Source: Nymphaea colorata (taxonomy: Eukaryota). From it: DNA of 64,000 bases. The translations under genes and the position numbers were made by a program. The stretch covers positions 29,202,001-29,266,000 of the forward strand of contig NC_045138.2 of the NCBI RefSeq assembly GCF_008831285.2, written 5' to 3'. Below are positions 36,444 through 49,359 of this stretch, piece by piece (the stretch's first letter is position 1; every line of letters begins with the position of its first letter). Under the pieces are notes generated by a model. It made no database searches and was not told where the DNA came from. It saw nothing but the letters and a program-made list of their open reading frames with translations.

Positions 36444-37046
36444 ATGGGTCCGTCTTCTCCGCTGCTCTTCTGCTTCTTCTTCTCGTTCGTCGCCTTTTCT
36501 CTGGCATCTGAACCAAGCCAGGAGACAGAAAGGGGATCTAAACTCACAACCTTCTTCCTTCTCTTCTTCCTGGTCCTTATCGCTCTTATCTTGGTTCTCT
36601 TTCTGCGACTATGCAGGAGTACCGCCATCATGGCCGTCCGCAGCAGCACCGCCCGTGCTGGTCGTGTTCAAGTGGTCCGTTCCGAGACTCTTCAACCGCC
36701 ACCCGCTGGTATCAGGAAGGAGGTCATCAATTCCCTGCCCGTTTTCCAGTTCGCGTCGTTCCCGGCGGGATCGAGCGCCGGCGCGGAATGCGCCGTTTGC
36801 CTTGCTGGATTTGAAGACGCCGATCTGCTCCGCGTGCTGCCCAAGTGCAGGCACGCGTTTCACATGGGCTGCGTAGACAAATGGCTGGAGGGCCACGAGA
36901 GCTGCCCTGTCTGCAGGCAGAGTGTTGAGGCACAGGACATCTTGTCGTTGGACATCTCTCCTCGTGACAGTAACACAAAGCAAGATGATTCAGGTCATGC
37001 GCCGGCTGCTGTTTCTGGTTCGGAACACAGAATCACAGTTTCATGA
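36444..37046 (+). CDS. ATL-family RING-H2 E3 ubiquitin ligase, 200 aa, intronless
   Basis: Signal-peptide-like N-terminus, TM helix, GLD-like GIRKEVINSLPVF, and a complete CAVCL..LPKCRHAFHMGCVDKWL..HESCPVCR. GC-rich, with no lesions. Confidence 0.93.
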   Translation: MGPSSPLLFCFFFSFVAFSLASEPSQETERGSKLTTFFLLFFLVLIALILVLFLRLCRSTAIMAVRSSTARAGRVQVVRSETLQPPPAGIRKEVINSLPVFQFASFPAGSSAGAECAVCLAGFEDADLLRVLPKCRHAFHMGCVDKWLEGHESCPVCRQSVEAQDILSLDISPRDSNTKQDDSGHAPAAVSGSEHRITVS

Positions 37047-39293
37047 GATGCAAACTGCGGTAATCTTCTCTAGATGGCAGCCGCACCGGTCGCTTGAATG
37101 GCTTTGGTTCGATCTTCGTTAATTCTTTTCCCTCTCTGATATTCTCAGATCTCATGCTAATATTATGAACTTGCAAAGGTATTGATTTTTGAAACTGCTT
37201 ATCTTTTTTGGCTGCAAAGTAGCCTTAGTGAAAAACCTTACAACACAATGATAGCATCTTCAGAATATTGTAATCTGTTCGCCACTTCATCATCCTTTTT
37301 AGTGGCAAAATGATAAGAGCGAACGCAAAACTGAAGCCATTAACACTGTTTATGTTGAGACACTTTGCTAGTGATGTAATGGCCAGGAAATGATTCGAGG
37401 ACTCTGGCTTCATAAGAAGCAACGAATAAGAATTCAGTTGAATCTGATTTCCATATTAATTATATTTTACCAGAATCAAAACCATTACATAGACAGGATC
37501 TAATTCCAAACTTATCTAAGCTATCAGGATCCGAACCTTTTAAATGGTTTGGTGACTTTGTGAACACCACCAACTTATGGATGAACATAAATTAAAATGT
37601 ATATCTTACAGGTTTTCGCAAAGTCAAAGTTGTGCTGCCACCGTGCGCGCGCTAAATTCCGCTAGGCCCGACTAGCTGGTCAAACAGTTGACAATTATTC
37701 GCAAGGATAAAGGATGAGAAAGCAAACTAGCATCATGCATGAAGTTAGAACGACAAGAATGTCAACTCTATGTATGATGAAGGCGACGCCATTAAAAAGA
37801 ATGCAACTTCCAAAAAGCACCGTCACAGTCACCTACCTATAAAAATGTCAACGTATACATATATATGGGTTCATCAAGATCAACCGATTGACATCAAGAA
37901 AACATCTAGCCTAATTAGTGATTTTTTTGTCCCCTTTGGAGGTGGCTATATAACCCCGGTTTTTAATGAATAAAGATGAAAAATGCTCTACATACCAATA
38001 ATAAATTTCCCTACCAAAAGAAAACAATTCAAATTAAGTCATGAAGTTAATAAAAAGGCAATAATGCATCGTGTCCCCTAATTAGATTGTAAACTTGGGG
38101 CGGTAGCTTACAAGAAAGCTATAATCACCAGTACTAGGCGCATGGTTGTCCCTAGATTGGACCTAAGCTCGAAAAAGATAAGCTCAGGAGGCCTAAAGCC
38201 TTTGCTCATAGTTTAAGCTCGCTTGATTAGTTACCGGGAAGCGGGTACCTGATGTGTGCTGCAATATAGCGGTGAAAATTATGACCGACACAGGCACCAC
38301 AGTTTTTTATTATAACCAGACCGGGCTGGGTCGAACCCGAGCTCGGGTTTCGAGTATCGTGCTGGCCGGCCAGCTCGATGCCTAGATCTATTTGTGAGCG
38401 AGTCTGTTGTCATGTTTGTTGGAACTTTTATGTCCCACTCAGGATCTTTACCCATAACATTTGCCTGTAACTCTGCAACTCAAACCTGCACCCAAAACAT
38501 CAACAAACAAAACTAAAGAGAAGAAGAGATTAGACTTTCTGGTTTGCTTCTAGGAGGTACCGGCTAGACTAATCTTACTGTTAACCCTAAGCAGAGAATA
38601 AGCTTTCTAGGGTTTCTCAATGCCCACTGAACAGTTACGGCCAAGAGATTAATTCTCTTAATTAGAGACAAGGCCACTATCCAACAATGTCATATCAATA
38701 AGCGAGCCAAAGTGTGAAATCAGCCCAAACCCGACAGATGCCCACCCTGCCAGTTGACGGGTTTGAGTTGGATTTTCTTCAACCCATTTTTCAAATCCGA
38801 TGGCGGATCCAGTTTAAAGTGAATGCCACCTGGTTTGGTTAGTGGAGTGGTTTCAAACAGATCACGTTACTGGACTCCGTGCGGGTCGGCAGTTTTGAAG
38901 TTAACTGGCTGACATAGTTGACCTGCATTGAATATTGATAAGAATGAAAATTTATATATCAACCAGATGCTTCCAAGTGTCAAATATATGGTGGAAGGTC
39001 CAAATGATCGGTGCAAGGGCGCATTGACTTGCATATAAAAAAGGCCAACGGCGCATGCAACTCGTTCTGAAGTGCCAATGCAAATATCTTGTTTCCTTCT
39101 ATATAAATGGAACTACCAACAAGTTTCAAAGAAGTGTGGAGAGAGTGGAGACACCCGGCAACGAGTCATACCTTACACACGGAAAGAAAAGAAATTTGAT
39201 GTGCTCACAAGGGAACGCCCTTTACCTGTTCTGATTCTTTGGATTACTTCTTGCCCTTCTCTCTGTCTAGAGCACCAAAACCAGGTGCCAAAT

Positions 39294-39717
39294 ATGCCTG
39301 ATGCTGCACTCTATCTCCTTGTGATGTCCGTCTTTATCTTCATGGCGATTTTCCTGTTGTTCTGGCGATGCCGCAGTTCATCTATTCAGGAAAGCAGCGG
39401 CAGCATTGATGTCCATCATCTTGCGCCGGCTTTCACTTCCACCATTTCCCCGCTAACTTCGTCAGTTCATCATAAGGAACTCATCAATTCCCTGCCTGGG
39501 ATCGTGTTCATGTCAGAAGATCGACCAATCGCTTTTCCCTCAGAATTTGCAGTTTGCCTAAGGGAAATTTGAAGAGAAAGAGTTGCTCCATCTGCTGCCC
39601 AAGTGAAAGCATTCCCTTCACATGGAGTGCATAGACAAATGGCTGGAGAGCCGCTCTACCTGCCCAATATGCCGGCAAAACGTCGATGCTAATGATGTCC
39701 TTCAGATGGTCGTCTGA
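39294..39717 (+). pseudogene. ATL RING-H2 pseudogene (duplicate of 22283-22706)
   Basis: Same Cys-to-Phe change, +1 frameshift and TGA stop as the other copy. Confidence 0.9.
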
Positions 39718-40226
39718 TTCAAGGAGTTTATGACGTAACATCGACTCAATGGACAGGTGAGAGTCCTGTTCATCAGTGCGATGACAGTAGAAAAATGAAT
39801 CTTAGGGTTTAGGGTTAAGGATGAACAATGCGATTCGGGGACTCAGAATTGCTTCTGCTGAGCACAGATTTTGATCATGTGAGCTGCGCAGGCTTGGAGT
39901 CATGAAGTATGTCCCGTCTGCAGGTGTGAATCAGGAGGTTCCCTCGACGAGGCAGGCCAACCAAGTCGATCAACAAGGTCTCAGTTTTAATTTTCACTCA
40001 CTTATCTTTCATTAAAATTTACTATTTAATTTTCTAGAAAATAATGATTTTTCATTGCTCTAAAACAAACGGCGTTCAGTAGAGAGCTCATCATAAAACA
40101 CAAGATATTTTCTCTGCTAGAGGTGTCCCAGCTACCACCCAATGAAAGAGTGGGAGCTCCCACCCTTTCCCGTTCCCCATACAAGTTCCCCATACAAAGC
40201 AAGCTTTTGGTGCATTAGGATGACAC

Positions 40227-40441
40227 CAGGGGCGGAGGGAAGGGGGGAGCCGCTTAGGCCGTGGCCCCATTCTAGCTAAATAAAAAAAAATTACATTAAA
40301 AATTTTGAAATTTTTTGGTTGTCTAATGTATTTTTTGCATTTTGATTTAGTTTGATTCTACCCGAATAAATTCATTGGACCGTTTGGTCCGATCGAACGA
40401 CCGTTTGGCCCCGCCCTTAAAGAAAATCCTAGCTCCCCCTG
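40227..40441. mobile_element. hAT-type MITE (left-truncated copy at ~23181-23386)
   Basis: TIR CAGGGGCGGAG / CTCCCCCTG; 8-bp TSD GATGACAC / GATGACGC. Confidence 0.75.
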
Positions 40442-41559
40442 GATGACGCCTCAACATCCCTTGTTGTAGCTTCCTTTTATACTTTTGCTCTTCAATATAA
40501 TATAGTCGAGACAAGGTTAGTTTTGTTCATTCCATTGAAGTCTGCAGTGAAGCAAACGTGTTAAAGAGAAGCGGGCTTTGCTGTTGCAGAGGTCATATAT
40601 CAAAAAAATAGGTTTTTTTTTTAATCAAAAGACAAAACGTTGACCAACAAAATGAAGATAGTAATAATATTATGTAAATAAATACTACTTATTAGAACAA
40701 GCGGATCCGCACGAGCATATGAATTGACAAATTAAACATGTAGATATTAGGCAAAGTCAAATGTTTTCATCATTATGTAAATTCAAAGGTCTCAAGGGGC
40801 TTAGTATAGGTTGTTGGGCAGATGGGATGAATTAGGCATGTTGCCTTTTCGATTCCCATGGATACTATATTTTTTTTTTATTCTTATGGATACTATATTT
40901 TTTTTGAAGTGTAAAAAGTGAGATCATGACATTTAAAATTGAAGGTTATATCATAACTCATCCAAGTCCTGATACAATTCACAACCCTAAAAGTTGGAGG
41001 AATGAAAGGGCCTTTGGATCAGTGGTAAGTCTTTAACCTCCTACTTCCTAAGAAAAAGTTAATGTGCCCAAAATGTCAAGTATGACAAGTTTATATCTGA
41101 CTTAAACTTCTAATAAAATGAAAAATTTTCAAAAAAGTTGCCTCAGTTTTGGTGCGTACAACAGAAACATGGTTAAGTACAGTACTTTAGGTAGTTAGAT
41201 GACGACTTTAAACTTGAGTTTGCACGTTTTCCCCTTTGAAGGTTGAGCACTTTTTGATAATTTTCATGCAAGTTAGGAAGTTTCACACCTATCAAACTTT
41301 GTATAACCTGTATGATGATGGAAAATGGCCTTTACCGCTGATCAGAAGGCATTGACTAGAATATATAAATATTTTGACAGTTCCTTCCGATCTCTTTTTC
41401 AAATGAAAGTTTTATCAGGGGCAAGCATTAAAGAAGCAGGTAAATGGCTACTCTGGAAATAATGATAAATCACAGACACTTGATTTGGATGAGTTTTTCC
41501 TCAATTTGTTTTCTCTATAACCCTTCTCTCTGGCTAAAGCACCAGAACACAGAACACAG

Positions 41560-42020
41560 TGATCAAACATATCTGTTTCCTTGCATTTTCCATCTTCACC
41601 ACTGCGGCGATGCCTACCATTTCCAAGGAGATCTCATTAGTTCATTGCCTGCTGCATTTTAAGAATGTGCAGTTACGAAACTTGAAGACAGAGGTTTGCT
41701 AGGAATGAAGATTTCTCACACTCTCTCAACGCACCAAACGCACCAAGAGAATAGATATCATAAGAAAAGAAAGAAAGAAAAAAACGTGGTTCGAAGACTA
41801 CATTTTCCTACGTCTACATCTGCCACAGACAGCAATTTTCACTATCATAGAAGAATATAGAATACAACCAAAACGACGCCCGCATAAACATTGGATACAC
41901 TAAAGTTAAGAAAGACTATCAAGTATAGATCAAGCTCCAGACTCCAACATGCAGTGCATAGACAAATATCTTGAGAACCGTCGGAGCAGCCTGATATGCT
42001 GGCAAAACGCCGACGCCGCC
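41560..42020 (+). pseudogene. Eroded ATL remnant (duplicate of 28325-28835)
   Basis: GDLISSLPAAF.., then the solo-LTR remnant, then QCIDKYLENRRSSLICWQNADA. Confidence 0.7.
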
Positions 42021-45000
42021 AATTTCAGGGTCGGCAGCCAAGTGGGTCAACTCTTGGTTTGGTGCACATCACTTTTCCTTGCTCTACTTCAAGTGTTCAA
42101 GGCACCACAGTGCTTCAGTTTGATCATGACTAAGTGCTGGAATGCCTTTCACATAACTAGGCTTCAGAGGCAGGGTTTGCTTAATACTCCGTCAAGAAGC
42201 TTGATTTCGTCTTCATCCAATATTTGAATGGCCAAAATAATGTCCCTACCCATTCGACTTCTTTGGTCATGGCATTCAGGCAGAAATATTACAGAATCAA
42301 CTCAAAGAAGGGGTGATAATTCAACTAGCCAATGGATGATAATACTGAACAGAGGCGAAGGTGGAAACGAATCCAAGGAGCAGCAGTTCTCGCGGTAAAA
42401 ATTCCATAAACTACACTTCTTGTCATATATTACGGGAACTGGTGTGAATATAGAGGTAGGCAGGTCGGGTTCCTGAGGGGCTTCCAGGTACCTTGCTCAG
42501 GTTCAGCCGGGCTTGGGATGGACTTTTGGGTACTTTGCTCAGGTCTAGCTGGGCTCGGGCTGTGAAAAATGGTCGTTCGACTACTTTCCTGGTTGTACCC
42601 CATTCAGCCCGACAATATGATATATATATATATATATATAATATTATATTTTAACATATTTTTTCATAAAAAATATATGCTCATATATTTTATTTTTATT
42701 ATTTTTATTATAACCTGGTCGGCCCCAAGCCACAGGCTCAGCCTTTGGGCTGGCCACAACTTGTCTTCAAATCGGCCGGGCCGGCTTGGTGCCCAACCCT
42801 ATCTTAATATTTAAACAGACCTCCTTTTACACAAACCCATCTCTTTTAACAAAAATTGTAAAAGTTTAATCTTGTAGTACAAATAGATTAGTTTCTATCA
42901 TACACCAAGCTTACCCTTTCCAATGCATCTATAAATTAGTAACACAGAAGTTCGTTGTCTCGCGTATCCATTTGCACTCCTAGATTCAGGAGATCTCTTG
43001 AAACTGCTTCAGTTATGGTTTGACAACGCTTGCACAACATACTAATTGTCTGCCAATCTCGTCTATCGTTAATGTTCCAAACGCATTGACACAGATGTGC
43101 CTTTCATAAGGGATCATATTCAGTAGAATTGTATCCAAGTTCTCTACTTGTCTAGGGCTGTTAATAAATCCAATTTAGATCTGACATCCAGTCAAACGCT
43201 TCCAAATAATAAGTTATAAAAAAAATTATGGTGTCAGATTAAGTAATCAAATCATATTTGAATTTGAGAAAGTACATTTGATTGCGTTCGAATTTCATTG
43301 AATATCTGATGAGATGTGGATCAGACTTTAGGTTCAATAGATGTTCTATATCCAAATGTCCACACATTTTGACAGTAGTATCTTAGCATATAATAATTTG
43401 GCTTGTATTTGGTCCAAAAAATTGGATTTTGGATTTGAATGTGAATTTTAAAATCAAATTTGGATTGGATTCAAATTGTGAACTCAGATTCAAATTTGGA
43501 TATGGTATAAACTTTTCTTCATTCATATTTGAATCGAAATTCGTATGCAAATATCTGAACGTTCAAAATAATGGATACAGTAAAGGGTATGTCTGATTCA
43601 AATCTGATTCATTGACATCTCCATACTTATCAAATCCACTTGTTGGCAATTTGATGTAGCCGCTCAGCTCGGTCTTCATTTCTTCAACACAATCTCAAGG
43701 TCAATCAATGTCCCGTGCATTTGATGGAAAGTGTTAAGGTAATAGAGCAACAAAATCTCAAAGTATCCAACTCCAGCCATGGAAGACTAAACACGTCTAT
43801 TCCAATAATAGATAAATTTATGTACAATAACAGTCCAACTTTTCAATATACTAAACTACAGGAAACTAAAATTCTTTTATGTCTGGATATGAAACTGTCA
43901 TAGTTGCTAGCGAGCGAGCGAGCAAGCAAAAGAGAGAGAGAGGGTGCAACCAACACTCCAGTAGCCAGTACCCACGAGATTTAAACCTGCTATGTGCTTG
44001 TTATTTGTTAGCATGCTATGGGCCGGACCAGCTATGCTATACACCTTTTGATAAGAAAGAGAGAAGGGGAGAGAAGGTTCATCTTCAGTATAGCTGACAA
44101 GGAGTTACTGTGCACAGCCTTTAAGGAAAGCCAACATTGGGCCCCTGACCCACTTTTATGAGTAAGTAAAATAAGCAGGAACTTATGCACAAATGCAAAT
44201 GTGCACAGGCCTATGCATATAACCAAGCTCAAGTGTAGTTGTAGACTCATGCCATACTCTGATTAATTGGATAACATTAACCATTTGCGTTATATTTTTA
44301 TTATTCTTCAGAGTAAGTTTCTTATTTTACTTGCTTTTGATAAATTAACTGTTTGTAAGAAAAGTGCCCTGTCCTAACGATCCACCATTAGATCTGCAAT
44401 TAATGTTCACGAAACTTAATTAAAAAAATGTTGGGAATGATGCTACAAGTCAACACCAATTAGTGTGGTAGGGTTCTGCCTGCCCCCAACTTGCCCATTC
44501 CCAAATTAATGCTTACCCCCAACTTGCCTATTCCCAAATTAATGCTTGACAGTCCAGTTTGTAGTAGAAACGCAACTAGTCATTAGCATCTTGAGAAAAA
44601 TAAATCGATGGGATCGGAGGAGAGGAAAAAAAACAGCAAGCAATGTTCATTCTTAGGTATTTTTATGTCCAAAGGTCTTGCATTCACAGTCAAAAAAATG
44701 CTTCGCTAGCTATTTCGTTTTGATTCAATCCCACACTTGTACATGCTCAAGACTTCCATACTATTAGGAAATATGTCAATAAAGAGATGACATCAATAGT
44801 AAGAATAAGGGTAGAAATGCTATCTATCAAAAAGTTGTTGAGATAAAGGAATCTTTATTTTTCTTCTTCATTTGTCATACTACTTCATCTCAAGCTGAAC
44901 GGTAGCAATTTGATCTTCAGACTTCAAAGCAAAACGAAAGTAAATCTTTGAAACTTATATATATATTCTTAATAAAATAAAAATATCACGAGATCAAGAT

Positions 45001-45857
45001 GTAGAAAATTGGTAATTATCGCCGGAAGTCCAAAAGTGTGCTGAAAACCTGCTCAAAGACACAAGAGACTAGAATTCCAATTTGTTAAACAAACAGTTGA
45101 AATAACCTTGAACCTCCATCCAGCGACAAAAGATCATTCCCGACTTTTTTTTCCTCATTTTGGTTCAATTCCTGTACCAATTTATGCATGTTCAAGATAT
45201 GAATGCTCAATAGATTGCCAGCATTCTTAGAAACAGAAATCAAGATATATTGTACTAGAAGTTTTCCTGTCAAGAAAAGTGTTTTCTTGCTGTGCCTGCC
45301 AGCTAAAATTTTTACTGACCGATCTTTTTCTATTTGTTAGACATTTTAACCCTTTTACTGACTCACGAAGTTCAGCATCGTCGCCATCTCTAGTAAATAT
45401 CGTAGAAGTAGCACGGCTTTGGAGTAGCTAGTTGCTTTCTCATCCATGAACGTATATGAGTACTGTGATCAGAGATGAACTCTTTCCAAAGACATTGCTG
45501 ATCTGGTAGGAGATTAGACATTCATGCACGTAATTAATGACTAGATCTCATCGCAGATTGGTGCTGAAAAACGTCCAAGAAGAGAAAAGAGTACCACCTG
45601 CGACATTTTTGTATGTGCCATGCAAGTAAAGGGCTGCTGCTAAATACTTTAATAATCTCGATTACTGAAGATAGTGCTTAATACAACACAGTGAACCATG
45701 GCCTCAACTTCAGCTAACAAATCATAGAAAGGATACAGAACATCAAACTGATCATGTCGTCACCGTGCTTATTCAGTCTTACTTAACAACTCACTAGGTT
45801 TCAGACACACACTAGAAGAAAGAAGCAGACCCAAAGAAAAAAAAAATGAAAAGCCGC

Positions 45858-46244
45858 TCATGGGAGAGTTGGGTTGATGATAGACAGGTTGACATTGTCA
45901 AAGTAGTCGTTTGTATGAGCCAGACACCAGAAGTACCTCGTAAAGCTTCCGTCCTTTACTCTGATCATCATCCTCCAGTTGCTGATTCCACCCGGCAGAT
46001 GCTCCTCCTGCCCTTCCACCACCTTCTCGAATTTGACGCAAGTGTGGTGCCACTCATTGTAGACGTCCACAGCGTATTTCCCCAAGATCCGGTATATTCT
46101 CATCTTCGACGCATTCTTCACGCGAGTCCAGAATAGACCCGGGGGAGGAGGATCCGGGCGAGAAGCAGTGGCTTGCAGAGCCAATGCTGCAAGGCAGGTG
46201 AGCACGACGCAGGCAAGCAGCAAAGGGAAGCGAGCTGTTGCCAT
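45858..46244 (-). CDS. Secreted cystatin-fold (phytocystatin-like) protein, 128 aa, intronless, with divergent reactive loops
   Basis: ATG at 46244 gives the signal peptide MATARFPLLLACVVLTCLAALALQATA. Then a LARFAV-like helix ILGKYAVDVYN, VKFEKVVEGQEE and NWRMMIRVKDG. TATA box lies ~105 nt upstream. Confidence 0.8.
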   Translation of the reverse strand: MATARFPLLLACVVLTCLAALALQATASRPDPPPPGLFWTRVKNASKMRIYRILGKYAVDVYNEWHHTCVKFEKVVEGQEEHLPGGISNWRMMIRVKDGSFTRYFWCLAHTNDYFDNVNLSIINPTLP

Positions 46245-46347
46245 CTTGCTTACGATCACAAGGGAGGAGAACTGAACTACTCGAGCTCTTCTTGCCTGTG
46301 AGAGTCAGTGAGTGCAATAGATGAGTTGAGATGCAACACTGAGGCAT

Positions 46348-46357
46348 GTATTTATAG
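46348..46357 (-). promoter_or_regulatory. TATA box of the cystatin-like gene
   Basis: Minus strand CTATAAATAC upstream of the ATG at 46244. Confidence 0.65.
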
Positions 46358-48037
46358 AGCAACTGAGCTCTCTTCTCTAACTTATTCCTAGCTCCTTCTT
46401 CATGCTCCTCCCCCTTCCCACTAGTCACATGGCGTCATCTGATGAGGTCCCAATCATTTTTCTCCAGCCCATGTGATTGGCCGGGAGCGGAGGAGAGGGA
46501 GGAGTGAGCTGTAAGTATGAGGGAATCGTGACCTCGATTAATTACCATTCATATCTCTACAACCATATTTCATGGATGCCAGTGTGTTTGATTTTCTAGA
46601 CCTGACGATGCCAGAAACAGATTAAAGGTCTTGTTCTTTAGTGTTCCAGGAACAAGAACAACAAATGCTGTCCCACGAATGCCGGGAAACACACCATTTT
46701 GGTGTTCTGGTAGCTCGCGGGATGGCGGATCAAATGTCTTCTACAGGCCGCGGTTTTAGCTAGTAGGCAAATTAAGGCTCACAAAGTACTAAAGATTCTT
46801 TCTAGATAAATATATATCTCGAAGAACTGTCAGAACTTAACTTAAAATCGACAGTCAAAACGTAATAATAGCATCAGTTTTTTAGATTATAAAGAGAAGG
46901 GGCGATCCATATTCCAAGAAATTGAACGGTCTCTGACTTATGTGCTTTTTTACAAATTAATTAATGGGTTTTCTGCAACCGTTGCTGTATATCAATATGT
47001 CATATTCCAAAGACCAGCTAAAGCAACGCTAGCGAATGCTTTGGCATGCTTAGATAACAATGGAAGGACTAATGTCTTTTTATCAGGAATGAAAAGACTG
47101 TCGGGTAGGCAGCGCTACTTCAGAACTATCTAATGTTGAAACTCTCAATTTTTTCAGAGCGTTGTCTTACAGAACTTGTCTGAATGCAATGCCCACGTTC
47201 AAAAAACTCGGGAATCAACAACAAAATGCTAGCCTTTTCATATATATCGTACAATCTGATCTAGAAAATGACAGATTATGATCATTTTTTTTGTGGGTAC
47301 TTGGATGTGAAGAATGAAGATAACAACATTATTGGTACATCTAGTTTCTCAAAGGATCATGATCTGAGAACATGTGCTTACGCACCTTAATTTATCTGCA
47401 AATAACAGTTTCTGCGAATGCAGTGGGAGGGATGTTAGACTCAACTACTGCCTTTTGATGGACGACAAATTAGAAAGTTAAGGGCTGCATCACCAAAAGA
47501 AGAAATTAAGAACAAAACTAGATCGCAGTACTGTCCACAATGCCAAATAGATAACATAAAGAATAGATGTAGTTCTTACTATTGCTGCAAATTTGGTTCT
47601 TATTGTCACAGTAATCTATTCTTTATGTTGCTGGCTGCTTTTAGTGTTGTGGGGAAGGGACGTGCAGTTTCTTGATGCGCAGATTTCAAGTCATAGATTC
47701 TAGCATTGTAGTGAAGGGACGTGGAATTTTCAAAAGTTGCTGACGCTGTTGGACATGCTTGCCACAAACTCCGGGTTAGGTGAACGGCCAGATTAGCTGG
47801 CCTTCCACTTCTCCCTACTCTAGAAACAACAAAATCCGAGAAACAAAAGAAAATTCCTTTCTCGCCAATGCACGCCACCCTCCTCCCTCGAAAGCAGCTT
47901 TCAAGATTATAAAAGTGCCCCCCTATAGAACAGAATAAGAAGCAAAATTAAGGAGAAATAAAGTCAAAATGCGAGCACAAAGTCCAACGTGCCCCACTCA
48001 CAACATGCACTACTCTTTTGACCTGTGGTCAGCTTAA

Positions 48038-48073
<36 letters not shown>

Positions 48074-49359
48074 GAGGAGCACTCAATATTTACAGTTTTC
48101 TAGATCGGAAGAAGAGACACTCACCTACCGAATAAATATTTGAAAACGTTAATGTGAAAATAAGAGCCCACACCAGCCCCCACATGTGAGTGTGACTCCT
48201 CCACACAAAGAAAATGCTTGTGTTAAAACACCCATAAGAAGAAAATGACAAAAAACCAAACTGCTTAAATACAATACCTAAAATGTTTTTTTGTAATCGA
48301 ATCTTCCCAATATGAACAAGTTGATGGAAAACATATGTTAAGTTGATATTTTTGGAGCTTAATGATCTTTTTATGTTACGCAAAGCGGCAAAAATGAATG
48401 GCTCCTATAACATCAACATATTGGTAATAGAAAAATCCACATTTTTTTTTATAAAAAACATGTATCAAAGTAGTTTTATAAATATATTAGAATGTTTATA
48501 TCTTGTTTAATCAACATTCACATAATTGGCTGATTCAAATCGAGTTCGTTTATATTATATACAATCAAAAGAACATACCTCTAATCAGGCCGTTTAACAA
48601 TTACTTTGTTATGAAGGTGGTTTATATTATGACTAAACATAGATATAACAAATACCAGATGCCACAATGACGACGAAAGTACGAAGATACCATATACAAA
48701 AAATGGGTTTTGACGCCACAATGAACTCGACATCAATAAAATAAAATTGTACATAATTGCAAGACATTTTGTGCCATAAAGTATAAACAACGCCTTCATC
48801 ATCGGCCCCGATTGGTAAGTTCAAATCGTGTCGGTGGCAGACCAATTCGATTAATGGTTGATTCATGTGCACCGGCCGCATGTCATCAGATTTTAAGTTT
48901 TTTTTCAAATATTTTAATATTCCTTAATTTTAATTAGTTTTTATATATATTTCTTTTTTTTTTTTCAAAATAACTTTCTAATGACTTTGACTGGTTCAAA
49001 CTTGAAAGTTGGTAGCCTGCCAAATGCAACTTTTCAGAATACTAATTAAGTAATTATCACAACCGCTTGTTGGTTTTCAGGAAGCATTAAACTAGACAAA
49101 ATATCTTCATAAGATAATTGGTATGACTAGTGAAATGCAACTTTAATTATCGATTGATCTAAAAAAAATTCAAAGTTTAATTACGTATATATGTTATTTC
49201 TTTAAGGGGTCGTTTGTTTGCTCCTATATAAAATCACCAGAATTTGAGAAACATTGAGTCAAAACCAAATTTCTTCCCTCTAATTTTAGGTCCAATCTTT
49301 TTGCATAAAATCAAAATAAGAATTACAAGTGGAGTCTTAAATGTAACATAAGACTCTTA

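Larger units (their letters stand above)
37009..43927 (+). repeat. Segmental duplication unit (= 20506-31148), with the copia empty site
   Basis: Colinear match; paralogous ORFs in the track (21206/37770, 22037/39072, 28766/41949). Confidence 0.95.

Noticed and set aside
36380..36983. Overlapping alternative-frame and antisense ORFs over the ATL gene
   Set aside because: Expected by-product of GC-rich coding sequence; no recognisable domains.
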